Shown here piece after piece: positions 27,902-35,798 of a DNA stretch of 62,217 nt (position 1 is its first letter; each line of letters opens with the position of its first letter). The notes under the pieces were generated by a model, which worked only from the letters and a program-made list of their open reading frames with translations, ran no database searches and was not told the origin of the DNA. This stretch comes from Candidatus Uhrbacteria bacterium (GTDB lineage Bacteria > Patescibacteriota > Patescibacteriia > UBA9934 > GWF2-40-263), in assembly GCA_043808565.1 (NCBI GenBank), contig JAZDEQ010000032.1, positions 1 through 62,217 on the forward strand, read 5' to 3'. The translations under genes were made by a program, and so were the position numbers.

Positions 27902-29935
27902 TTATTTTTTTTCAGCTTCTGCGGCGGCTTCTTCATCATCTTCTGCCGCTGCTTGTTCAAGCAAAAACAATTGTAACTCTACCCCCAGACTGGCGGCTTC
28001 GGTTACCAAAGATCTAAATTTGGTATCTGTAGGAGACATTCTTTTTAGATTTTCACGAGCAACAAGATAATTTGCCAGTTTTTGTTTAAAATCTGGATCA
28101 AAATTTTTTTCGCGCTTTAATTTTTTGGGGAAATCTTTATCACAAGTATCTAAAAACAGAAGATCTTCTAAAAGCACACCAACAGTTTCAACCGGTTGTT
28201 GTATTTTAGGAAGCCGTTCGGGGTTAAAACTAAATCCGCGGTCTGAGAAGATTTGTTGTTGTTCGTTTTCATAGACTTGATAGGCAACTAAATAACGAGC
28301 ATAGACTCTTTTAAGAGCGTTTTTAAGGTTTTTTTCCGTGTTTTCTGAATCCAATCTGTTCATTTTTTCTGAAAAGTCTTGGTTTTGCCGCTCTAGTCTT
28401 TGATCAGATTCTAATAACTTAGCATATTCTTCTAGTTGTCGTTCTAAGAAATTAGTCGGTTCAGGCGTTTCTCGGTCATCAGTGATTTGTTGAGAAATTC
28501 CTGTTCCCCAATCCTTAAAAGCTTTTTCGTAAGTTTGATGAAGAAGGCTATTACCCATTGGGTTTTTGGCCAATTCTTGATGTCGAATACTAATTTTAAG
28601 ATTTTGGGCGGCTTGATTAAGTTGTGCCAAAGCTTCAATGTCTTGATTAATTAATTGTATTTGTTCGTGCGATAGTTGCGCCCCGTCATCATTTGTCAGA
28701 GGAGTAGTTTTTTCTGCCAGAAGTAGCCAGTTTTTTAGGGCATGTTCATAAGCATTATAAAAACTTGATAAATTTTGGGCACCAGAACCTAAAAATTCCA
28801 TTTTCTGAACTATGTTTTTGTGTTCAAGTAAGGCATCAGCCGCCCACGATTTACCGGCGTAATTTTCAGTGGCGAAATTATCAATAGTTGGTTTAATTTC
28901 TGGGCTAACTTTAACTCCGCCAGCATCAAGATTAGAATCAGTGTTATAAAAGTAAGAATCAGAGACCCGATCAAAAGAAAGAGACTTCCCAGAAGTATCA
29001 AAATAAGCCGGAACCAAATTTCCTGTCTTTTGATTGCGTTGAACGCCAACAACCAAATTATTAATCGCCTCATGATTTAAACCGGTTGTTAAAAGCTTGG
29101 CCTCACTAGCAATTCTTTCGGCCAAATCATTGATCGATTCTGAACTCTCGGCCTCGGTTAAAAGACCGGGTCGATTTTTGAGCTGATTTTTAAAAATAGC
29201 AATAAGCCGGTTGTGGTTATTATCAGCACCAACCGTGCCATTTTTAGTCACCTCTTGCCAGGCTTTGGCTTTTTCGATTTTAAGTTTACTAACAAAGTTT
29301 TCAAAAGTTTCTCGGTGTTGGATATTGTCTTTTAAGCCTTCGATAACCATGCTGCCTATTTCTCCAAAATTACTGTTTTTAGGTTCTACATCTTGATCGG
29401 CTCGGCCTTCGGCATGGCTGCCACCACGGAAAATAAGACCCGTTAAAGCCAGTCGCCTGGCCCATTTAGAACTAAAAAGATTACTTAAAAAACCACCATT
29501 CTTTGCCTCTGGTTTTTTGGGACCGCCACCATCAGATGAACCGCCACCAAACAAACGGCGCCACCAACTTTGTCGTGGCTGAGAAGGTTGTTGTGATGTG
29601 GTTGAAATTGTTTCTGGTTGGACTAGCGGTGTTTCTGGTTCTGAGGGAGCGGATTCCGGTGTCTCAGTTTCCAGTTTGGGAAGCACGTCAGAAATATCTT
29701 CGGTAACGCCTTCGTGGTCTTCTATTTCAGGCGTTCCAGTTCCCGTTTCAGGAGATTGGGCGGGAGGATTTTCTGGGGTTTGTGGTGTATTGGTTGGTTC
29801 TTCTTCTTCCTTTTCTGCATTTACTGTTGTTGCAAATTTTATTTCATTTAATAGAATTATTGGTTTTGGTTGTGGAGAGGTTTCATTATAAGCGTCTGGA
29901 ACTGGAATCAGAAAAGGAAAAACAGGTTCAGACAT
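27902..29935 (-). CDS. Large hypothetical protein, downstream part. The frame stays open upstream of the annotated ATG as far as the A12 tract.
   Basis: 677-aa ORF with a Pro/Glu/Thr-rich N-terminal region and a helical C-terminal region ending in an acidic tail. My manual translation of 29936-30334 in the same frame shows no stop codon. Confidence 0.7.
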   Translation of the reverse strand: MSEPVFPFLIPVPDAYNETSPQPKPIILLNEIKFATTVNAEKEEEEPTNTPQTPENPPAQSPETGTGTPEIEDHEGVTEDISDVLPKLETETPESAPSEPETPLVQPETISTTSQQPSQPRQSWWRRLFGGGSSDGGGPKKPEAKNGGFLSNLFSSKWARRLALTGLIFRGGSHAEGRADQDVEPKNSNFGEIGSMVIEGLKDNIQHRETFENFVSKLKIEKAKAWQEVTKNGTVGADNNHNRLIAIFKNQLKNRPGLLTEAESSESINDLAERIASEAKLLTTGLNHEAINNLVVGVQRNQKTGNLVPAYFDTSGKSLSFDRVSDSYFYNTDSNLDAGGVKVSPEIKPTIDNFATENYAGKSWAADALLEHKNIVQKMEFLGSGAQNLSSFYNAYEHALKNWLLLAEKTTPLTNDDGAQLSHEQIQLINQDIEALAQLNQAAQNLKISIRHQELAKNPMGNSLLHQTYEKAFKDWGTGISQQITDDRETPEPTNFLERQLEEYAKLLESDQRLERQNQDFSEKMNRLDSENTEKNLKNALKRVYARYLVAYQVYENEQQQIFSDRGFSFNPERLPKIQQPVETVGVLLEDLLFLDTCDKDFPKKLKREKNFDPDFKQKLANYLVARENLKRMSPTDTKFRSLVTEAASLGVELQLFLLEQAAAEDDEEAAAEAEKK

Positions 29936-30300
29936 TCCAGATAGTGAAGGTTCTTGGGCTAGCGGCTGATACGTGGTTGCGAGATTTTCTGCTGTTGTTG
30001 GTGTTGCAATGAGTGTTTCCGATGCCGAGGTTATAGCATGGGAGTCACTTTCGTGATAGGCGTTTGGAACAGGAGAAGAAAAAGGTTCAGGCGTTTCGGA
30101 CGGATATTGAAGTGCGGTTTCAACATCAGATAGATAAGAAGTTTCGGCTTCCGGAGCAGGTGTTTCTGGGGGTGTTAGTGTTGTTTCTGGAGCAGAAGTT
30201 GCCTTTTGGTCAAAAATAATACCAGGCCATCTTATTTTTATTGCCGCTGATAGCTTTGAGTTAAGGGACGGATTAGTGATTTTATCAACGATAATTTTTG

Positions 30301-30594
30301 CTAATTCTGCACTTCCTCCCGGTTTTTTTTTTTTATTTCTTGGAAAAGTCTTCGCACAAGTTGTTCAACTCCTTCACCTATTTCTCGAGCTTCTTTAAGA
30401 ATTTCGGTAGTTTTTAAGATGTTTCTCCTTGGTTCAATACCCGGGTTTTTTATCGGGGTTTCACTAAAACTAGGTGGACCAGCAACATCGTTTGTAAAGG
30501 GTTGACCGCCAGTGTCGATACTGCTATCAACTAATGGTTGTTTGGTTTTTAGTGGCTCTCCTTGGTTAGAAAAGTCTCTTTCATAAGTAGACAT
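30301..30594 (-). CDS. 97-aa ORF, probably the true N-terminus of the 27902-29935 gene, separated from it by a frame break in an A12 run
   Basis: It ends ...QEIKKKNREEVQN just after the A12 tract (T12 on the + strand, 30323-30334). One extra A would fuse it to the downstream frame. Confidence 0.55.
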   Translation of the reverse strand: MSTYERDFSNQGEPLKTKQPLVDSSIDTGGQPFTNDVAGPPSFSETPIKNPGIEPRRNILKTTEILKEAREIGEGVEQLVRRLFQEIKKKNREEVQN

Positions 30595-30644
30595 AAAAAG
30601 ATAAATTTGTGATTAAAGTTGTTTTATTATAGCATAAAAAGGCT

Positions 30645-31640
30645 ATGAAATCAAAAATTATTGTTATTGTTGGACCAACGGCTTCGGGAAAGAGCGATTT
30701 ATCTTTAAAATTAGCCAAAAAGTTTAATGGCGAGATTTTGTGTGTGGATTCAAGGACGGTTTATAGAGGGATGGATGTGGGGACGGCTAAACCGTTTGGA
30801 GGGGAGGAAAGGGAGGGAAAGGGAGGGAAAGGGAGGGAAAGGGAGGTTTATTTGGTTGAAGGAGTTCCGCATTTTGGTTTAGATTTGATTAATCCAGATG
30901 AAGAGTACAACGGCGCGCTGTTTAAGGTTTATGCGGAAAAAGTGATTGCCGATATTTTGTCTCGGGGTAAATTGCCGATTCTGGTTGGTGGCACTGGGCT
31001 TTGGTTAGATATGATTATTGATAACCTGGAATCGCCAGAGGTCGAACCGGATTCAGTTTTACGATCTGAATTAGAAAAAAAGACTTGTGAAGAATTATTT
31101 ATCGAATATCTAAAATTAGATCCTGATGGCGCGTTAGCGATTGATAAAAAAAATAAACGACGATTGATTCGGGCGCTTGAGGTTTGTCAAAAAACCGGTC
31201 GGCCATTTTCGGTTTTACGTCAAAAAGGGGCAGAGAAGTTTGAGGCTTTATGGTTAGGAATTGAGGTTGAAAAAAACGTACTTAACGAAAGGATCAATAG
31301 GCGAGTCGACGAAATGATAAAAAATAGATTATCGGCAGAAGTAAAACGATTAAAAGAAAAATACGGTTGTGAGGTTTATTCAATGTCGGGGATTGGTTAC
31401 CAGGAATTTTGTCACGGTTTTGTCCGTAGGGGCGAATGGCCGTTCGCCCCTACGGACATTAATGAAATTGCCGAGGAAATCAAAAAAAATACCAGGCAAT
31501 ATGCCAAACGGCAAATGACCTGGTTTAAACGGAATAAAAAAATTAATTGGGTGAAGGATTTAGGGGAAGCAGAAAATTTGGTAAAAAGTTTTTTGGGTCC
31601 TCACCCCCGCCGTCGCTCGGGCTATAGCGGGCAGGCCTAA
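30645..31640 (+). CDS. miaA: tRNA dimethylallyltransferase MiaA, with repeat-derived in-frame insertions and a repeat-derived C-terminal tail
   Basis: P-loop GPTASGKS, DS..VYRGMD.GTAKP, VPH...D, LVGGTGLW and YAKRQMTWF. Confidence 0.9.
   Translation: MKSKIIVIVGPTASGKSDLSLKLAKKFNGEILCVDSRTVYRGMDVGTAKPFGGEEREGKGGKGREREVYLVEGVPHFGLDLINPDEEYNGALFKVYAEKVIADILSRGKLPILVGGTGLWLDMIIDNLESPEVEPDSVLRSELEKKTCEELFIEYLKLDPDGALAIDKKNKRRLIRALEVCQKTGRPFSVLRQKGAEKFEALWLGIEVEKNVLNERINRRVDEMIKNRLSAEVKRLKEKYGCEVYSMSGIGYQEFCHGFVRRGEWPFAPTDINEIAEEIKKNTRQYAKRQMTWFKRNKKINWVKDLGEAENLVKSFLGPHPRRRSGYSGQA
30801..30847 (+). repeat. 10-bp tandem repeat (GGGAGGGAAA, about 4.7 copies) inside the miaA CDS; polypurine and G-tract rich
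   Basis: ggggaggaaa gggagggaaa gggagggaaa gggagggaaa gggaggt. It encodes EEREGKGGKGRERE. Confidence 0.9.
31421..31458. repeat. Perfect 16-bp-arm palindrome inside the miaA CDS
   Basis: tgtccgtaggggcgaa, then tggccg, then ttcgcccctacggaca. It encodes VRRGEWPFAPTD. Confidence 0.9.
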
Positions 31641-31765
31641 TCCCTCCCCCTACGTTCTACCCCTCTCTCTTTTCTCTCCCCCAGAGAGAGAAGATTAAAT
31701 TAAGCCCCTCTCCCTGGGGGAGAGGCTGGGTGAGGGGTTGAAGTGGGGAGGGGTGAGGGGTGAGG
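31600..31765. repeat. Cluster of GC-rich REP-like palindromic elements in the miaA/gatB convergent spacer, also covering the last codons of miaA
   Basis: cccctctccc tgg gggagagg ctgggtgagggg (31705-31737), the ctctctc...agagagag hairpin, and repeated ggtgagggg. This is sharply GC-rich relative to the flanking sequence. Confidence 0.8.
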
Positions 31766-31768
31766 AAG

Positions 31769-33343
31769 TTATTTATTTAGTAATTCTTCTAAAATTGTTC
31801 TGGTCGCTGTTGGTTCGGCTTTGCCGCTAGTTTCTTTCATGATTTGACCAAGGAAAAATTTTAATAATTGTTTTTCGCCATTTTTATAGCGAGCGGTTTC
31901 GGTTGGACAACCAGCAATGATTTTTTCAATAACCGTTGCTAACTCGGATTCATCGGAGACAAGATTAAGTGACCTATCTTCTAAAATTTGTTCAGGGTCA
32001 GCGCCGGTTTCAACCATTTCATTAAGAATAGTCAGGCCGTTCCGAGTCGAAAGTTTGCCTTGAGCGACCATAATAACAAATTCAGCAAAATTCTCTGGGG
32101 TAATTTTTTGTTCATGGAAACTCAGATTTTTTTCTGTCAAAATACCGCCCAGTTTAGAAATTAACCAACCGCAAGCCAGGTGTGAAAGGCGGTGTTTTTC
32201 TTTTTCTTGCCATTCATTTTCCCCCTCTCCCTCGGGGAGAGGGGCTAGGGGTGAGGGCAATGACTCCATCCACGCAAAGAGTTCGGAAAAAGTTTGTTCA
32301 GAAAAATCAGCCAGTTCTGGATTTTCTGTAAGATGTCGGGCTTCTTCGCTATTAAGCGCATATTCATCAACTAAGCGGCGGCGACGAGCCGCTGGAAGTT
32401 CGGGTAAAGTGGGTTTAAGTTGTTCGATTATTTCGCCAAGTTCTAGGGCCGGAATATCCGGCTCAGGAAAATAGCGATAATCTTCGGCCGCTTCTTTAGT
32501 GCGCTGATCTTCAGTAATTTGTTTAGTATCATTCCAACCTCGAGTTGAGGAAACGGCTGGTGGGGAATCGAGTTGCCAGAGTTTTGATTGGCGCTGAATT
32601 TCGTATTCAATGGCTCGTTCGACAGCTTTGAAGGAATTAATATTTTTGATTTCTGATTTCGGATTTAATAAAGCACCGATGACACCACCAGCTTTATCGA
32701 TTTCGCGCATTGAGACGTTGACATCACACCGTAATTCGCCTTTTTCCATGTCAGCGTTAGAAACCCCTAGGGCCTTGGCAATCAAACGAAGCTCTTGTAA
32801 AAAAGTTTTGGCTTCGCGAGCCGTCCGAAAATCTGGTTCGGTGACGATTTCGACCAGTGGTGTACCAGCCCGATTAAAATCCACATAAGTTTTGCCTTCA
32901 GCCCCATGAAAAGATTTGGCCGAATCTTCTTCTAAATGAACTCGGGTGATGCCGATTTTGGTTTGTTCGCGTTCACCAGCCGGGACAATTAAATCAAAAA
33001 AACCATGCTCAGCAATTGGCACGTCGTATTGAGAAATTTGATAACCTTTTGGCAGGTCAGGATAAAAGTAATGTTTGCGATCGAATTTGGTTGAAGTATT
33101 AATTTTACAACCAAGAGCCAAACCAACTAAAACAGCAAAGCGAACGGCTTGCTCATTGGGGACGGGTAGGGTGCCGGGATGACCTATACAAATCGGACAA
33201 GTGTTTTTATTGGGTGATTCAGCTTCCTCCCCCTTCGCCGGGCTTCGGAGGACGCTGTCATTAAGACAACCGCAAAACATTTTGCTTTTGGTTTTGAGTT
33301 GAACGTGGATTTCTAAGCCAATGACTGGTTCGAGGAGTTTCAT
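31769..33343 (-). CDS. gatB: Asp/Glu-tRNA amidotransferase subunit B, with two in-frame repeat-like insertions
   Basis: IGLEIHVQL, CPICIGHPGTLP, RKHYFYPDLPKGYQISQ, and a C-terminal GatB/YqeY domain. Confidence 0.92.
   Translation of the reverse strand: MKLLEPVIGLEIHVQLKTKSKMFCGCLNDSVLRSPAKGEEAESPNKNTCPICIGHPGTLPVPNEQAVRFAVLVGLALGCKINTSTKFDRKHYFYPDLPKGYQISQYDVPIAEHGFFDLIVPAGEREQTKIGITRVHLEEDSAKSFHGAEGKTYVDFNRAGTPLVEIVTEPDFRTAREAKTFLQELRLIAKALGVSNADMEKGELRCDVNVSMREIDKAGGVIGALLNPKSEIKNINSFKAVERAIEYEIQRQSKLWQLDSPPAVSSTRGWNDTKQITEDQRTKEAAEDYRYFPEPDIPALELGEIIEQLKPTLPELPAARRRRLVDEYALNSEEARHLTENPELADFSEQTFSELFAWMESLPSPLAPLPEGEGENEWQEKEKHRLSHLACGWLISKLGGILTEKNLSFHEQKITPENFAEFVIMVAQGKLSTRNGLTILNEMVETGADPEQILEDRSLNLVSDESELATVIEKIIAGCPTETARYKNGEKQLLKFFLGQIMKETSGKAEPTATRTILEELLNK
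32222..32257. repeat. Copy of the cccctctccc/gggagagggg + ggtgaggg element inserted in frame in gatB
   Basis: cccctctccc tcg gggagagggg ctaggggtgaggg. It has the same orientation and nearly the same sequence as the intergenic copy at 31705-31737. It encodes SLPSPLAPLPEGEGE on the minus strand. Confidence 0.85.
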
Positions 33344-33345
33344 AT

Positions 33346-33383
33346 TGTTACGAATTACGAAAAACTACGAAATTACGAACAGG
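33346..33383. repeat. Solo ACGAAT word-repeat arm immediately upstream of gatB
   Basis: ttgttacgaattacgaaaaactacgaaattacgaac. The first 19 nt are identical to 23991-24009. Confidence 0.8.
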
Positions 33384-33393
33384 GAACAGCGGA

Positions 33394-34119
33394 TTAAGAT
33401 TCCACGGTTTTATTTTTTGTTATATCCAAATACAACAAAGTCATATAAACGGCGACTAACGGCATAACAAAGGTTTCAAGAACCGTAGCAATAATGTCAG
33501 CCCAAAGGGGTGGGGTTGGACCAAAGACCGTGTCAAAAGATGAACCAGTAATTAAGGCCAGGCCCATAATAATTAATCCACTAATCACGGTTGCGGTTAA
33601 AACAATAGCCGCTGGTCCGATTAAAAGACGCCATAAAACCGGCCAAAATTTTCCTCGAACCAATTCGCGGCTAAATGAAAGGGCGGCCGTACCTTTTTTG
33701 TTATCAAGAATAGCGGCCATTTGCGAGAGAGAAAACCAAACCCAAAAAATTATGCCAGGAACAATGAGTAGAATAAATCCGCCCAGAATAACCAGAGCTT
33801 CAAGTAGGGCCACGAAAACTACTGAAGGTAAAATTTGCCAGACTTTGGTTTGTTGATTGGTTATGGAAATTTTTTCGGTTTTGATTAGATCGCGAATTAG
33901 TAAGGGAATTAAAATTACTAGCCATAAGCCCACTAAGCCCTGGGCAACATTACAGAGAGTAATCAAAGTGTCCAAAAATAAATTGTTAGCCGTTGATAGT
34001 GAGATTAAAACCATGGCGGCGTAAGGCAACAAAAGCCAGGCCGCATAGCCAGCCAAAAGTTTGAAGTGCTTTTTATATAATTCTAAACTTTGGGTTAAAA
34101 GTTCCGATAGAGCAAGCAT
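33394..34119 (-). CDS. Polytopic membrane protein, paralog of the upstream gene
   Basis: Multiple TM segments. It shares the motif SRELV.G.FWP.L.RLLI with the 34121-34990 product. Confidence 0.7.
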   Translation of the reverse strand: MLALSELLTQSLELYKKHFKLLAGYAAWLLLPYAAMVLISLSTANNLFLDTLITLCNVAQGLVGLWLVILIPLLIRDLIKTEKISITNQQTKVWQILPSVVFVALLEALVILGGFILLIVPGIIFWVWFSLSQMAAILDNKKGTAALSFSRELVRGKFWPVLWRLLIGPAAIVLTATVISGLIIMGLALITGSSFDTVFGPTPPLWADIIATVLETFVMPLVAVYMTLLYLDITKNKTVES

Positions 34120-34120
34120 A

Positions 34121-34990
34121 TTATTTTTTTGTTTCTTTTAAGCTGTTAAAAAGCAAAAAGTCGACCAAGGTAATTAACGGGGTGAAAAAAATTGAGCCAG
34201 CGGTTAGTAAAATTAATAAGCCAATGGTTTCGAGCCTAACTAATAAATTGATATTTAAACCAATAAAAAGAGTAACAAGTTTATCAATAGCCGAACTTAG
34301 TAAACCTTCGATAATTAAAAAAACGGCAATAAAAACTATTTTAACTATCAGCAAGCGGAAAAGCGTTGGCCAAAAGCGGCCAAGAATTAATTCGCGACTT
34401 TTTTTAATGGCTTTTTTGCCATGTTCATGATCGATAATTAGAAAAAAGGGCGCAAAAGCAAAGTCAATTAGCCAGCGGATAGAGAGAACGGTGGCCAGAA
34501 TTACTCCCAAGACAGTTAAAATAGTGCCAATAACCGAAAGAGTAGATATATTAAATTGAAAACCAGACCAATTAATCAACAAACCAGGCAAAACAGTTAG
34601 CCATGTGGCTATAAAAATTCCAAAAATTATCAAATTAACCAAAACACAAGGCAAAAACAATTTCCAACTAGTGTGCGACAAAGAAGAGAAAGTTTCGGAT
34701 TTTTTTTCGTTTAATCCGGCCATGGCCTTAACCAGTAAAATAAAAACCCATAAACCGATAATCGGAGTTATTAAAAATCTATTAAGGAAGCTAATGACCG
34801 ACCCTATTTTTTGCCACCAAGTAAATACCGAGTTGGCGGCTGTAATGTCTGGCTGTAAAGCAATGCTAATAATTCCCAATAATCCAGGAATTAAAAGCCA
34901 GGCTGAAAGTCGCAAGAGCGGACGAAGTTTACTGCGATAAGTTTCCCACGACTGGTCGATGAGTTGGCCGACGGAAATTAGTTGAGGCAT
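34121..34990 (-). CDS. Polytopic membrane protein, paralog of the downstream gene
   Basis: Multiple TM segments, the motif SRELILGRFWPTLFRLLIV, and only a 1-nt gap to the next gene. Confidence 0.7.
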   Translation of the reverse strand: MPQLISVGQLIDQSWETYRSKLRPLLRLSAWLLIPGLLGIISIALQPDITAANSVFTWWQKIGSVISFLNRFLITPIIGLWVFILLVKAMAGLNEKKSETFSSLSHTSWKLFLPCVLVNLIIFGIFIATWLTVLPGLLINWSGFQFNISTLSVIGTILTVLGVILATVLSIRWLIDFAFAPFFLIIDHEHGKKAIKKSRELILGRFWPTLFRLLIVKIVFIAVFLIIEGLLSSAIDKLVTLFIGLNINLLVRLETIGLLILLTAGSIFFTPLITLVDFLLFNSLKETKK

Positions 34991-35231
34991 ATTGATTTTA
35001 TATTGTTCGTAGAAACAGGACCTTGTTCTGTTTCTTACAGAAAAAATTACCGTTTAAATTATAGCAAAAAATTCACCAAAACCAAAGGGTTCGGGTGGAC
35101 AAAACGAGGTTGGTTGGTAAAAACCTTCGTGTTTTTCTTCGTTGGTTTTTTGAATAAGATATTTAGCTAAAATTTGTCTTATTTTTAAAATTTTGTTAAT
35201 CTTACATTAAAGTAATCTATATTATACCACT

Positions 35232-35456
35232 ATGAAAAATATTCCTTTTACAGCTTATATTGAGCAAGACGAAGACGGTATGTTTATTGGTTCTGTTCCT
35301 GCGGTTCCCAGTTGTTATGCTGAGGGCAAAACCCAAAAAGAAATGTTTAAAAATTTACAGGCGGTTTTGAAACTTTGTCTTCGAAACGTCGATGTGAAGG
35401 AAATAGAAAAAACCAGATTTGTCGGCATTCAAAATTTAGAAATTAGATATGCCTAA
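35232..35456 (+). CDS. hicB: HicB-family antitoxin (short, UPF0150-like)
   Basis: The pattern ...YIEQDEDGMFIGSVPAVPSCYAEGKTQKEM... is typical of the HicB N-terminal fold. It overlaps hicA by 8 nt. Confidence 0.75.
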   Translation: MKNIPFTAYIEQDEDGMFIGSVPAVPSCYAEGKTQKEMFKNLQAVLKLCLRNVDVKEIEKTRFVGIQNLEIRYA

Positions 35457-35676
35457 ACTTGTTCCGATTAAACCAAGGCAGTTGGTTAAAATTTTGATCT
35501 CTTTAGGTTTTAAAGAACGGGATGCCGAAGGCTCACATATATTTTTTGCCCATCTTGACAGTAGAACAACGGTAATCCCGATTCATAACAGAGAACTTAG
35601 TAGGGGACTTTTGAGAAAAATTTTAAACGACATCCAGATTTCCGTAGAAGAATACGATAAATTAAGAAAATTTTAA
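35449..35676 (+). CDS. hicA: HicA-family mRNA interferase toxin
   Basis: K.RQLVKIL...GF......GSH..F........T.IP.H...L..G.L..IL....I is the HicA/YcfA pattern. Confidence 0.8.
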   Translation: MPKLVPIKPRQLVKILISLGFKERDAEGSHIFFAHLDSRTTVIPIHNRELSRGLLRKILNDIQISVEEYDKLRKF

Positions 35677-35744
35677 TATATTAGAAATTATTGTGATGGC
35701 AGTATAAGAAACATCGGCAGAACAGGATTGAGTTAAAGAAAATA

Positions 35745-35781
35745 AAAAATCACCAAACTTGGTTAGTTGGTGATTTTTTTT
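35745..35781. terminator. Bidirectional terminator between hicA and folA
   Basis: Hairpin atcaccaa/ttggtgat flanked by A6 and T8 runs. Confidence 0.75.
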
Positions 35782-35798
35782 GATTGTCCAAGTATTTT

